A DNA stretch of 64,000 bases from Camelus dromedarius (lineage: Eukaryota). Made by a program: the position numbers and the translations under genes. The DNA is taken from positions 116,004,001 to 116,068,000 of the forward strand of contig NC_087436.1 of the NCBI RefSeq assembly GCF_036321535.1, in the 5' to 3' direction. Within the stretch, counting starts at the first letter, position 1. Every line of letters starts with the position of its first letter. The notes beneath the pieces were generated by a model. That model was not told where the DNA came from, did no database searches, and was given only the letters and a program-made list of their open reading frames with translations. This document shows, one piece after another, positions 9,985 through 22,927 of the stretch.

Positions 9985-11490
9985 GAAACTCGATCTTAAG
10001 TAGGTGGATGACAGGATCATTAGAAGGCGACATCTGAGCAGAGCCTTGGAGGGGAGAGGAAGGTAGCTGTGAGGATATGTGGGCCAAGTGGAATCCAAGT
10101 TCTAAAGCAAAGATGGAAACCTACCTGGTGAGTTTGGGGAACGTGGAGGCCAAGGAGTCTGGAGGAAGTAAGTGAAGAAATAGTAGGAAGATAAGATCAG
10201 GAAGGTAACGGGGCAGTTAGATCGCATAGAGTCTCGGATGTTGCAAAGGCTTTGGCTTCTACTCTGTGTAAAATGAGGAGTCACTGGAGGCTTTTCAGCA
10301 GTGAGTGATGTTGTCTTTAAAAGCATCCCTCTGGCAGTGCAGTGCTGAGAATAACCCGTAGGGGGGCCAGGTTATGACATGAAAGGAATTAAATGAAATC
10401 AATGAAAACCGGGAGATCAGTTAGAGGCGACTGCAGTAACTCCGGCAGGAGAGGATGGTGGCTCAAAAATGGGTGGAGCAGTGGAGGAGGGGAGGACCAG
10501 ACCCTCGATATGTCTTTCAAAGACAGAAATCAAAAGGATTCCCTAAGGATTTAAATGAGGGGAAATGAGAGAAAGAACCTAAATGATTCCAAAAAGACTG
10601 GCCTGGGCACCAGAAGGGTGGAATTGCCATTAACTGAGATGGGAAAGACTGCAAGTCATGGAGGAGAGACCAGGAGTCCAATGTGACAGTGATAAGTATG
10701 AACTGACAATTAGACATCCACACAGAAATCTCAAGTAGATAGTTGGATGTAGAAGTCTAGAATTGGGGCTAGGCTTAAATAATTCATCACCATAAGTATC
10801 CAGGTGGCATTAAAAAAAATTAGATGGATGAATGAGAGCAACAAGGGAGTAAGTGTGAAAAGAGAAGGCCCAAGTTCAAGAGTGGAACTGTGGGCAGGGT
10901 CAACAGGCTGGGGAGGAACAAAGTAAACTGTGGAAGAACCACCACTGGAGACAGAAGGGAGACCATATGAGGTAAGATTTTCAATAAAGAGGGAGAGATT
11001 GACTATGTCCAATGGTGCTGAGAAGTCAAAGAGCTGTGTCTTGCAAACTGACCACTGGATGAGTTTTAGCGCTGAGAGCATCGGGAGGATGGGGAGGTGA
11101 AGCAAAGGCTGCATAAGAAAAAGAGCAGGAATCATTACAGGAAGGAAGGACAATGTTTTCAAGACATTTTACTGCAGAGGCTGGTATCTGTTAGAGAGAA
11201 TATGGTCAGGAGAACGTTTCGTTGTTGTTATTGTTGTTGTTTGTTTTGTTTTGGGTTCTGCTTTGTTTTTAAGAAAAGATATGTTGCAGAAGGCTTGTAT
11301 GCTGATAGGAATGATGGAGACAGGAACGTTTAACTATGCAGGAGGGGGAAGGGAGACAGGCTGGAGCAAGTCCTTGACTTGGTGGTGGGACACTGGGTAC
11401 CTGTGGAGGGACTGGCCGTGGATGACATCCGTGGTAACACCCAGGAAGTCAGGAGCTATGGGTGCTGGGGCTGCCAGGTATGTGGGTGTG
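9985..11490 (-). mobile_element. L2 (L2a-like) LINE including reverse-transcriptase fossil
   Basis: Minus-strand ORF 10731..11162 contains LFDFSAPLDIVNLSLFIENLTSYG, resembling the L2 RT motif LLDLSAAFDTVDHSLLLETLSSLG. Flanks are typical L2 sequence. Confidence 0.85.
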
Positions 11491-11814
11491 AGGACCACTG
11501 CTGACATTCGTGATCGTAGTCACTAGTCATGCCTCACTCTGTTCCCACTCTCTGCTCTGCTCTTCCACTGATTCTGCAAGGTACAACCCACAACCTACTC
11601 TTCTGGAGGCTGGAGTGTCCAATTATTTTTTGAGCTGATTAAGAAAATTGTAAAGTCTGGCCAGGCTTTTCTATCAATTAAAGCTAAACATATGCTTAAA
11701 TTGCAAGCAAAGCAGGCATAAGAGAAGAGAGAGGAATTCAAGGTCAATAAACTTGTCTAAAGCCATGAACGCTGGGTATCCTTCCATTTGTGTATTTTGT
11801 TTTTACCTTGGTGG

Positions 11815-12300
11815 GCCTTGAGGTCATTAGGCGAAGTGAGATCAGTCAGAGAAAGTCAAATACTGTGAGGTATCATTTACATGTGGAATCTGAAAAAGCC
11901 AAATTCGTAGAAACAGAGAATACATAGAAGGCAGTCACCAGGGGCTGGGGAGTTGGGGAGTGGGAGAGATGTACTTAAAGGGTACAAATTTATTACCAGA
12001 AGATGAATATGGTCTGAAGATCTAATGCACAGCATAGTGATTATAGGTAACAATACTGCACTATAAACCTCAAAGTATCTAAGAGCCTAGATCTTGATTG
12101 ATCTGACCACAAAAAAGAAATGATAATTATATGAGTTGATAGAGGTGTTAGCTAACACCATGGTGGTAATTATATATGTATATATATAAATATAATTGAT
12201 AAACATATATATAATCGACAGATGTACCTGAAATCTACAATATTATATTTCAATTAAATCCTAATAAAAATAAACAAGTAAATAAGCAAATAAATAAAAA
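11815..12300 (+). mobile_element. L1 3' UTR (L1MA9-like), 5'-truncated
   Basis: atgtggaatctgaaaaagcc...gtagaaacagag, G-rich tract, gatctaatgcacagcatagtg, A-rich tail. Confidence 0.85.
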
Positions 12301-13009
12301 CACATTTCTCTAGAATTGTGCACCTAGGACATTTGTTTTAAAAGAGTAATTTATTTCAGAAATTCGAAATAATAAAATTTGATTTTGCATTGCGTATAAG
12401 AAGAGAAGAACCATATTATGTTAGTGGAGAGAAACTCTGGAAGCCTTAATTTTCCCCTGCCCCAAGGCGGCATGTTCCACTCCCAGGGCAGCAGCCTAAC
12501 AGAAAAAGCCACATTTTTGTAGCTAGTGGCAGCAGTAACCAGGGCTGCAAATTTGAGTCTTGTCAGAGGCGAGAAACTGCAAACGATATCAGAGGATCCA
12601 GTGCTCGTGTCAAACATGAGTGCACCGCTGTCATGGTGGAGCCTGGAGCATGAGGAGCAGGTGAGAAAAAGTCAGGAAAATGATGAGCCTCGCAGTCACC
12701 TGTTACAGCCTGTCATTAACGGTCTGTTTATTTAGGGCAGAAATCTAAGCTCTCCTCTGACATGGAAGACTCACCACCTGCTTTCTTCTCGGGCTCCTCC
12801 CGTGTCAGTATCCTTGAAATCTACAGTCAACCTGCCGGGGGTACGTTCTCACCTCAAGCTCTAAGCACACGCTGCATTCTTTCCACCTGGCATGCCCATC
12901 ACTCTCTGCTTTGCTGGACTAACTTCCTTACCTTCAGGACAGCCTGATAGTGACTTCTGGCCAGAGACTTCCTGGACACCACAGCAATCTTGGAACAGCA
13001 GACATTTCT

Positions 13010-13266
13010 ATAGGGCTTATTTCATGTGAGTCATTCTCCTAAGAACTTTACAGAAATTAACACACTGAAACCCCACAAGCAGCCATATTGTTACTGCTGT
13101 TGTTATCATCATCATTATTATCCCCATTTTATGGGTGAGAAAAATTAGACACAGAGAAGCCAAGTGATTTTCCCAAAGTCACACAGCTTATGGATGTCAG
13201 AGCCAGCATTTTAGGGTCATCCCCAGCCAGTCTAGCTCCAGAGCCCCATTCTTAAATCCTACTCTA
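13010..13266 (-). mobile_element. MIR SINE
   Basis: attattatccccattttatgggtgagaaaaattagacacagagaagccaagtgattttccccaaagtcacacagc is the reverse MIR core. Confidence 0.85.
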
Positions 13267-13744
13267 GGCTAGCTCTCATCAAAGGGTGATTACATTACAG
13301 TTTCAGAATTTTTCACTTTAGTGTTTTCACATTAATACAGCATTTTTACTGGACTTGAGTTTAGTTACAAACAAACTCTGCCCCCTAAAAATGGGCACGT
13401 GTGGTCCATTTGCTAGAATCAATCTCAAATGGCCTCCCATACTACCTTAGGTCAGGAAAAAATACATAATGTGCTTAATCAAAAATTTTAGAGTCACGAT
13501 AGAAATGTATGTTGATTGCTTTATCTTCCTATTATGCAAAATAGTTAACAAAGCCCCAAGAACTGGTTATTACCATCTGTGATGACTAAGTGGGATCTTA
13601 TTTCAAGTATATACCTACTCATATACATTTTGGTTAGAATTATTTTCCTATAAGATATATAATTCTACTGATTATTTCATTCATGAGGAATCCAGCTCCC
13701 AGGCAAAAACCTGTGATTTTAAGGGCCCTGTGGACTGGGCAGCT

Positions 13745-14208
13745 GGGAAGAATGCTGTCATTCGCAGCAATGTGGATGAACTTGACGGACATCACGCCAA
13801 GTGAAATAAGCCAAACACTGAAAACTAAGTACTGCGTGATCTCACTTACATGTGGAATCTAAAAATGTTGAACTCCTAGAAGCAGAGAGTAGATGAAGGT
13901 TACCAGGGCCTGGGAAGTGGGGGAAATGGGGAAACGTTAGCCAAAGGTACAAAGTTTGAGATGTGCAGGTTGAACAGGTCTGCAGATCTAATGTACAGCA
14001 CAGTGACTATGCCTAGTCACAGTGTATTAGGTACTTAGAATTTGCTGCGAAAGTAAATCTTAACTTACCTCTCCAAAAAAAGTGACTATATGAGGTGATG
14101 GATATGTTAACTCACCTGATTGTGGTGTCATTTCACGATCTATATGTGTATCAAAACATCCCATTGTACAACTTTCGTCAACTATAACTCAGTAAATCTG
14201 GGAAAAAC
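13745..14208 (+). mobile_element. L1 3' end (L1MA9-like)
   Basis: gtcattcgcagcaatgtggatgaacttg...aagtgaaataagcc...atctcacttacatgtggaatctaaaa...gaggtgatggatatgttaac. Confidence 0.85.
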
Positions 14209-14921
14209 AAAGGTACTATAATTATAAAAAATGAGTGCAATTATAAAAGCTTTACCTGTCCGGCCTTACAGAGGAAAGCTGCCCTCCTCACGCCAGAGTC
14301 TGAGCACAACCAGGGCAATGTGAAATCTGCAGCCAGGACTGAGGGCCCTCTGGCCAGGCCTGCTTTTTGCATATTTGCATTCCTGGTCCAGGCACCTTCA
14401 CCCATAGGTCTCTGTATCCGAGGCCTTGGGCCAAGGTTCCTTTCAAGCACTTCTGTCAAGGCATCGTTCGAGAAGGAAGGGGAGACCTTGAAGACACTAT
14501 TCCGCACTCTGACTCAGTTCTCAGATTCCCTTCCACTCTCAGCCCTCCCCCTTTTATCTCCCTCCGGACCCCCTGGTCCATAGACTGTAGGAGCCTTTTG
14601 TTTGGGGCTCCCTCTGCAGTGAAACAACACCCCCCCACCCCATCTATGTGACCCATCTGACCTGGGCTGGTGTTTCGTGGCGGGTGGAAACCAAATAGGG
14701 GAAGCCAGCAGCTACTGATTTGGACCCGTTGCAGTAAGTGATTAAAGGATTGATTATGACTTCCATTGTGACTTGTCGCTTTAATCAGCCACTCTACAGT
14801 TGACAGGCAAGTTCCTGAAAATTAACAAGCATCACTGAAATCCTACTAGGAGGTATGATGAATACAGAGATATCTACGCAGTCGGCACACTCTCGGTTTA
14901 CAGAAAGCCCACGGTCTAGGA

Positions 14922-15153
14922 CAGTATCTCTCAAACTTAACATCATTAACATTTTAGACCAAATGATTCTTTGTTGAGTGAGTGGGGAGGAGGCTGTCCT
15001 GTGCATTGCAGGATGTTTACTTTAGCAGTATCTCTGGCCGCTACCCACTAGTTGCCAATAGCAACCCCCTCCCCAACTGTGACTACCAAAATATCTCTGG
15101 ATAGTCTCAAATAACTGTTGATGGACAAAATCACCACCAGCTGGGAACCACAG
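14922..15153 (-). mobile_element. MER20 hAT-Charlie DNA transposon
   Basis: ggctgtcctgtgcattgcaggatgttt...ctacccactagttgcc...caactgtgactaccaaaatatctc. Degenerate 8-bp TSD gtctagga / gtctcgaa. Confidence 0.85.
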
Positions 15154-15204
15154 GTCTCGAAGATCATACCAAGCTCAGGTCTCAGTAGATATAAAACTTC
15201 TAAT

Positions 15205-15380
15205 TTTATAGCATCCCTATGAAGCAAGTACCATTATTATCCACTTTTCATGTGAGAAAAACAGGTCATGGGTTTGCTGAATAAATCACCCAAGGTCACA
15301 ACTAGGAAGAGGTCCATCCCAGATTTTAATCCAGGCAGTAGATCTCGGTTTCAGAGCCCTCACTCTAAACTGTTGTGCTA
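15205..15380 (-). mobile_element. MIR SINE
   Basis: attattatccacttttcatgtgagaaaaacagg...cccaaggtcacaactagg. Confidence 0.75.
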
Positions 15381-15804
15381 CAAGTTGTGAGAGAATGTTC
15401 CTGGAACACAGATGAAGCAAGAACCCCTCCATCAGGAGACACAGGAAGGCTTCAGAGAAGAGCCACTGTGTGAGCTGGGATTGCAACTGCTCGAGCCAGG
15501 AAGGGTGTGCACACATGCAACATCTGGACCCAACCAAAAACACACCATGACTCAACTGCACATCCGCTCCTGGCCTCTCTGCACCTTGCTCACTTTACCA
15601 TTTTTACATTTTACTCACTGATTAAGTTCCACTTTCTCTGCAAAGATGTTCCTTAGATCCCTTAATAGAAAACTCATGACACACTTATTTGAATTATTCC
15701 TTTGGTAATGACCCAGGTCACCCTTCTGGCATCTTCCTTACCGTTCTGTATCTCTTGTATAACTTGGTTTGTCATCCGTCAGCAGATCCCTTTGGGTCAG
15801 GCAC

Positions 15805-16030
15805 TGTGTGTAGCTTGATGGAACACTTGCAGTGAAGATGAACGTCATGGGTTTGAATCTCAGCTCAGCCTCTTGTTAGCGGCATATCCTGATGAAGATG
15901 TCCAGTCTCCCTGAGCTCCAGTTTCCTCACCTCTATAATGGAAATGATAATACTCACCTTATTAAATAAGATTAAATATTGAAGGTGCATTAGCTAGTGT
16001 ACAGCACACAGTAGGTCTCTAATGTCATTT
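15805..16030 (+). mobile_element. MIR SINE
   Basis: gggtttgaatctcagctc...cagtttcctcacctctataatggaaatgataatactcacc...gcacacagtagg. Confidence 0.8.
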
Positions 16031-16661
16031 CTTTTCTCCTCCACATTCTCCTTCCATACGGTATCTTGCACATTACTCAGAAAGGTGCTGCAAATGTCTC
16101 ACACGGTGATGAAAGGTTTGCTTAGACGTTACCAGAATGATGTGGATGAGCACAGTGTTAGAGAAAATAATGGCAAAACAAACGTCCTGCTAAGTGAAAA
16201 AAGACAAGGGAGAAATAAAATACGTGCAATACTCTTTTCAGGTCCTCATTATGAAGCATCACCCAGACGCCCGCTCTTCCAACTGCAGACTTCTCCCGCC
16301 TCTGCTAAGATGCTCAAGGCACACCCTGAGGTGTTTACCAAAAGGGAAAGAGAGAAGCTGGAGGCTGAGACGTATAGGAAGCTGAGTTAATTCAAAGGGA
16401 AACAGGCATTGCCTGCACCCCTAGAATTTAGTGTGACCCAACAAAAGGAACAGTAAAGGCTGATGTGACCTAACTCTCTGTTGACATGGATATCGCTATG
16501 GGCAAGGAATTTATTTCTTATATGTTCTAAACAATTAAGAGGGTTTTGAAGACACATCTATTCTGAGTCTTACCATCTGTTTTACCTTATGTAAGTTAAT
16601 TAACTGCTCGACCTCAGTTTCCTCATCTGTAAAAATGAGGAAAATGCAGCAAATGCCACTA

Positions 16662-17095
16662 ATGTTCCCCAGAAACTTCTGCTCAGCCTCCGCCTTTAAT
16701 GAAGACCCACAGAGACCATCATTGCAACTGCCTTCTGGATCTTTTTTCTAAGCTAGCGAGTCCTGTGCTGAGGAGCAGAGCAAGCCCTGAGTGCAGCAGA
16801 GGGAATGCCCCCAGAAACCTCCTTGCCCAATCATGGCTGAAGAGTTGGTGGGAAAGCACTCGTTTGCACTCACCGCTCGGTTGAGATAACCCTGAAGCAA
16901 TTCGCCCTGTGTTCCAGAATTCCCCAACTGCATTCTTTAATTGCCCACAGGGTTAACTTGCTTGACAGTCTAACATTTATTTGCTGATTTCCTTTCCTTG
17001 TCTTACTTCCCCTCTCCTCTACTTGTACTGTCTGGGATCACCTTTTGAATAAACTCCTTGTCTTCTAAGGGTCAGCTTCTAGGGAGAACTCGAAA
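16662..17095 (+). mobile_element. LTR16-like ERVL LTR fossil
   Basis: ttcctttccttgtcttacttcccctc...ctgggatcaccttttgaataaactccttg...agggtcagcttctagggagaac resembles the LTR16 3' half. Confidence 0.7.
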
Positions 17096-17156
17096 CACCC
17101 TAGAGAATAATAGTGAGTAACACCTGAGTGCTTGCATACGTGCTTCCTAGTCCATT

Positions 17157-17565
17157 ATATCAGTCAAGGTTCAACCAGACAATCAGAAGCAGTAGGAGAA
17201 ATACATAGTAGGAGATGATTTATTGCAGGTATTGGCGTGTGTAGTTGTGGAGACTGGCTAAGCAAGTCCAGAATCTACAGGACAGGTGACAAGGGCAGTC
17301 TGGAACTTTCAGGCGGGAGCTGGAGATATTCTACAATGAGATTTTTTTCCTCTGGGAACCCTCAGCTCCGCTCTTAAGGCCTTTCAATTGATTCAGTGGA
17401 CCCACCCAGGTTAACTAGGGGAACCTCTCTTAGTTAAAGTCAACTGATTATGGACTTTAATCACATCTACAAAATACATTCATAGCAACATCTAGATTAG
17501 TGTTCAACTGAATAAGTGGGGCTAACAATGGACAAGTTGACATGTTGAAAAAATAAAGATCGCCA
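17157..17565 (-). mobile_element. MLT2 (MLT2D-like) ERVL LTR
   Basis: aaagtcaactgattatggactttaatcacatctacaaaatacattcatagcaacatctagattagtgtt...aagttgaca is the reverse of the MLT2 5' end. Confidence 0.8.
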
Positions 17566-17789
17566 TGGTTCATTACATAACATTTGAAAACAAAACAAAA
17601 CAAAAAAAAAAAGATATAAAGAACAAAATAATATTCATCGTAAGTCTCTGCAAAGATCACCACTAGACGTACATTTTACATGCACCAACAATGCCTGTTT
17701 TTACTCACTAAACTATACACGTCCTTCACTTCACAGTGTATTTAGATACTTCTGTCTCAATAAATACCTGGTCTCCAAAAAATAAAGTA

Positions 17790-17980
17790 TATCACAATAT
17801 ATCATGAGCACATTTTATCTTGTGTAATATTTTAAGATTTTATTTTAATAACTGCAAAGAATTTTTACCATTATAAATATCATATTTTATTAATGGCCTG
17901 CCCTTTTGTTGGACATGTAAGTTCTTTCCACTTTTTCATTCTTTCATGAATCTCCTTGTACATAAATCTTCACCTGCATA
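17790..17980 (-). mobile_element. Ancient L1 (L1ME-like) fragment
   Basis: ttttaataactgc...tgttggacatgtaagttctttccacttttt...cttgtacataaatct. Confidence 0.5.
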
Positions 17981-18334
17981 TTCAGCCTGCATGGCAATTA
18001 TTTTAATGTAAGTTTCTAACTATTTAATAATAAATCTTGCAGATTTTTGCAATTGGTTCTGCAAAAGAAGTAAGCCCTGACACCCTAAGGCATCCGTCGT
18101 GTGCAGTTAGCTGACCTCTATCAGCACATCTCGAATAGTACTAATCGTGGAGCATCCTTGGGAGAAATTGGGAAAGGGGATGTCTAGTTGCGAAAATCTA
18201 GTAGAAGATTTGCAAAATTAATCTAATTCTTTTAGACTTTGGTTGATGTGCATTTCTGGAATATCCCCTATCTTTTTAGGATTTTTTAACAGACTTTGTA
18301 GACTCAGTTCATTTTATTTTTAAATTTAGGAAAG

Positions 18335-18537
18335 CAGAGAAGGGACTACATCAGTGGTTGCTGGGTATTAGGGCTCGGGGAGGGTATAACTACAGATGGG
18401 TAACATAGGCATTTTCTAGGTGATAGGACTGTTCTGAATTCTGATTTGGTGGTGATTAAGCAAATCTATACATGTGTTAAAGTCCGTAAAACTGTACACC
18501 AAAGTAAGTCCATTTTACTGCGTGACGATTTTTAAAA
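18335..18537 (+). mobile_element. Ancient L1 3' end (L1MD/ME-like)
   Basis: cagtggttgctggg...ggtgataggactgttctg...atacatgtgttaaagtccgtaaaactgtacacc. Confidence 0.65.
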
Positions 18538-21500
18538 GGAGGGAAAATGGGAGAAATGGAATGACAGATAAGAAGAGAATGGGGTCATGGAGGGAATTCT
18601 GTGTAGAAAGATCAAGACACACATTCTTTTGACAGTGTAATGCCGTAATTTGGAGCCCTATGCATCTCAGGTCTTCTATCTGAATCCTTAGATGAAAGGC
18701 TAATGTTTTTTTTCTATTGTCATTTACAACCAAATAGAAATTATTATTGCCCTTTATAAAAGATTCCTCTAAATGCACAAACTGTCCCAGCAGAAAGATC
18801 AGTCTTTTCTACCTTGATTATTATTTACATTTTCCTCATTCATTGGTTAAACTTTTTCTGCAATTATACTTTGATGAAATCTTTTAGCTAAGCATTAAAT
18901 CATACAAAGATATATAACCAAGAATTGCATAAGAAATTTCAGAGTCATGTTAAAAAATATAGAAGCTCAGTTGAAATTTAATGTTACTTAATGCGAAGTA
19001 TGATCTCCACATTTTACTTTCTAGCAGATACGGAAAGTCAAAGGGGCCTTGGTTTGGACCCAGGGAATCTGATTCTTTCATTGGCTTTGACCATACCCGT
19101 GGGGAGACCCCAGGTGAGGTTGCTGCACACTGACTGAGCTGATGCTGATGGTCTGCAATAACCTTCTGAAGGCTACATTCACAATGTAGGGGAAAGTGGT
19201 CCTCATCTGGTAACAGATGGCAGCTGCTAGCCAATGGGTCTGTGTTCCTGTTCACAGTGTGCACTTAACTCTCTTTGGTGGACAAAGAATCTTTGACATT
19301 GTTTCCAACCTCTGAGGATTTTGGAATCTGTAAGATGGTGTAACTAATGCTTATGATGCTTAAGTTTTGTAACACGTACATAGTGGGGTCCCGTTCAAAC
19401 CATCCCGTTTTAAACGCATGTCTCTGGTCTCTGCTCCCCTCTTCCCCTGGAATTCACTTCAGAAAATTTTACTTTAAACCCTTCGGAAATACTGTCTATT
19501 CAGAGAATTGTTTTGGTGGGAGAAGAAAGATGAGCAGAAGAGCAAGATTCCCAGTTAGCTTAAAGGTGATCTTTAAAGAGACAGAAAGACCTTTACGTCA
19601 CTTGTCCCTGTCTCTATCCCTGCCTTTGTCCAAGGCCCCACTGTCTTGCAGCAATCACCTTCTGAGTCCCTCCCACCCTCTCCTGACACATGGCTATGAT
19701 TTCTCCAGCAGGGGGGTTCATCCCTGGTGTGAATCATGGGGGCACCGGCAAGGCCCAGACGGAAAACTGGCTCTGACAGTCCAGGCTCTCGTAAGTCTGA
19801 CCTAGAGGTCGGGACCCCATGGAACCGTATGTGTGTTCCAGCTGGCAGTCTGAAGCATGTCCCTGCCACAAATGAAGCCAGCAAGATGGCAGCCTAAGAT
19901 TCCAAGCAGAAGGAAAGCAGGTGTTTGTTATAAACTCAATTTTCTGACTTAAGTGTACTCTGTTCACTCCTCTTTGATGCCCCTGATGCCAGAATCAAGG
20001 TCCCCTGGAGACTGAGGAGTCTGCCAACAACACTCCTCTTTCCCTCCTGAGTTTGGAAACAAGCTTAAGAAAGACAAAAGAATCAGACAGGCGAAGATCC
20101 ACGTAGTCAGCTTTGTTGCCTGTTAGGCCAGGGTTGGAGGACATGGACTGAGCTCTGTGGCCAGGTGAGCTTGCTAACGCTTCTCCTGAAGTAGACAGGT
20201 GCACACCCTGGACCGCACTCCAGGTCTCACCTGCAGGGCCTCACCGGGAGCAGACCAGAATGCATGTGGAGAGTGGGCTGTGCCAGGATGCCCAGCTCCT
20301 TCTACAAGCTCACCAGTCAGAGAGGCAGCCCCTCCTTGCATGAGAGAAGAGAAGAAGAATGAGGGAGGGAGGGAGGGAAAGGAAGGCAGGCACTGCATTT
20401 GGGCTGAAGTCTCACATGGCTACCACCGTGTGAAGGAAATCAATGTACATCTTCCTCTTGCTAAACCAACCCACTGAGTCTAGCTTTTTTAAGCAAGACA
20501 CATGCACACAAGATGACACGTGGACTAAAAAGAGAACATTAACTCTGCAAGGCAGCTCGTTGCTACCACAGGAGACGGCAAGGCCCCGGAGGAGAATGTG
20601 AGAATTTGGGGAAGAGTAACTGTCAGTCCTGGAGGTTCAGGGTTTCATGTTGCAACATCACCATGATCTTAACAGCAGAAAGGTAGAAAATTCTCTGTCC
20701 CACCACACCCCAAAGAAAGCCCTTCGGTTACTGCTGCTTTGATGAGCCCCTTGGAGTGCCGGGTAACACGGCAGGAGCCCCGGTGCCCCGTGTAGTGTGG
20801 GCCGCCGGTGGGTTCTACATTAATCGGGATGCTGGTGTCTTCCTTTGAGCAGCTCTGGGACAACTCGCCCACTGAAGCATAGATGGGAACCCGCTGGTGG
20901 GCGAGGAGTGAAGGTGTCAGAGGCTGAGAATTTAGCCTTGGAAAGTCTGCAGTGAGGATGGCATTCCTTTGAAGTCCTTTACCTGTTCTGTCATAAAAAT
21001 TCATGAGATTTTAAGTCTCCCCCACAATACTTCCATGTATACTTTGATATGAAAATGGGGTTAAATTATCTACCATTAAGTAAAATGTATGCTTTATGGG
21101 AAGGTGCGGTATGCTTTGACCTTGAACTTGCATTCCCCAGGCAGGTTGCTGAACAAACCTCCCTCTCCACCTCATTCCATTGTACATACCTCCAGGTCTG
21201 AGAAGCACTGTTTATGTGCAGTATTCATTGATGTCTCTATCCAACAAATATTACCTAATCACCGTAATTATTTGCGAGACCTTCTATATCTTAAAACACA
21301 GCCCAAGTCCCAAGGAGTTAAGACTTCTAATAGAGGAGCTAACAATTTTCATTTATAATAAGACATGGAAGGTCAAGCATTTTCTCCAGTGCTAAGTAAT
21401 TATTAGGCATTTTTAAAGTATTTTATATCATTACAATTGTTTTTATTACTATCCTAAGAGTATATTGGAAAGAAAAGGGAATAATATTGGCTTTCTGCTT

Positions 21501-21775
21501 GGAAAGGAAGAAGAAACTTGAAAGATTTGGCAAAAAAAAAATCAAAGCAAAACAAAAAATACACTGTCCAGTGCTCTGGTATCCTGACCTTCAATAGGTT
21601 GAAAATGTCTTTTAGTTAAAAAGAAAACAAGATCAAAAAAAGCACTGCCTTGTCTCAAGAAATACTATATGTAGTTTGGTGTATGGTGATGCATGGCCAC
21701 ATTCACTTTTTCATATATTAAATATCCTTACCCGATTAAGACTGTAAATGCCTTCAAGCAGCAATTTGTCTAGAC

Positions 21776-22102
21776 CAGCATCATCCAATAGAAATATAAT
21801 GCAAACCACACCTGTGGTTTTAAATTTACTAGCAGACACATTAAAAAAATGAAAAAGAAAAAGAAAAAAGAAAAAAAGATAAAATAAAAAAAACAGATTT
21901 AAAAAATCTAATAGACTTAAAGTATCATCATTTCAACATTTAACCCATACAAAAACTATAAAAAAGATATTTTACTTTCTTTGTACTAAGTTTTCAAAAT
22001 CCATTATGTCTTTATCCTTCTGGGACATTGCATCTGAACTGGCTACATTTCAAGTCCCCAGCAGCCACGCGTGGCTTGTGGCTTCCACATCAGACAGCGC
22101 AG
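21776..22102. mobile_element. MER33 hAT-Charlie DNA transposon
   Basis: Start cagcatcatccaatagaaatataatgcaaaccaca; end catttcaagtccccagcagccacgcgtggcttgtggc...gacagcgcag. Confidence 0.8.
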
Positions 22103-22927
22103 GGCAGACTCCAGAAGCTTCAGCTCAAAGTCCAAGAGTACCCCCCACCAGAGCGCAAGCACGTAAACGTGTGAGTGAGTTTATTTTCATCATGGGCATC
22201 GATCATAACAAACATATTCAGTGGAATTCTTTCTAAATGTATTGATCGCCTCTTAAACAGCATAAGTGAAGCATAATGTAAATCTTGGAGGAAGGTAGTG
22301 GTTATGAACGTTAAAAAGGGCAGGTCTGTCTAAAGTAGATGGTTAATTTGTATTTGTCCTGAATGGCCCTATATTGTTAGGATTTTGGGTTCTTATCTCT
22401 GGTGCTTAGAATTTTTATTCTTTGTCTTCTCCATCAATATGAGGCTCTGTGTATTCTTAACTTACTGCCATAACACCACCCTCCAGTTCTCCCACATATA
22501 ACTTACACCCCTCGAAGAAACGTTACTATGTATGTTAAACGTCCACATCAAAGTAATATATTCTTTGAGTGAAGGGACTGGAATATTCTCCCATTAATAA
22601 AAGTGCTTTTATTAACCTTCTGTCCTCTCAACTATTAAATACCCGTTACATCCAGGTCCTTTGTCACACAAACATGAAAAGATGGGGCCATTGACCTCAG
22701 GGAATCCACTGAGTAATGAGTGGTGTATATGTGTAAATTTGTTCTCCAAGTGTCCACTGACAGTGTAAGCTACTCCAGCAACTTTGTCAACATGGACAAG
22801 TCGTTCCCTCCCTGAACTCTGGTCACTTAATCTGTAAAACAGAATCGCAGAGCCTTGTTTGCACAACCCTGGGAAGCTTACGTAGACCAAAAGCAGGAGA
22901 GCACTATAAACTGCAAACATTGCATGA

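Noticed and set aside
10731..11162. 143-aa minus-strand ORF with RT-like words
   Set aside because: Degenerate L2 reverse-transcriptase remnant, not a host gene.
16242..16390. Possible terminal exon after ctcttttcag (PHYEASPRRPLFQLQ...YRKLS*)
   Set aside because: Peptide not recognised, no linked upstream exon, and no clear poly(A) signal nearby.
19347..19805. 152-aa plus-strand ORF
   Set aside because: No recognisable homology or splice context; such lengths occur by chance in 64 kb.
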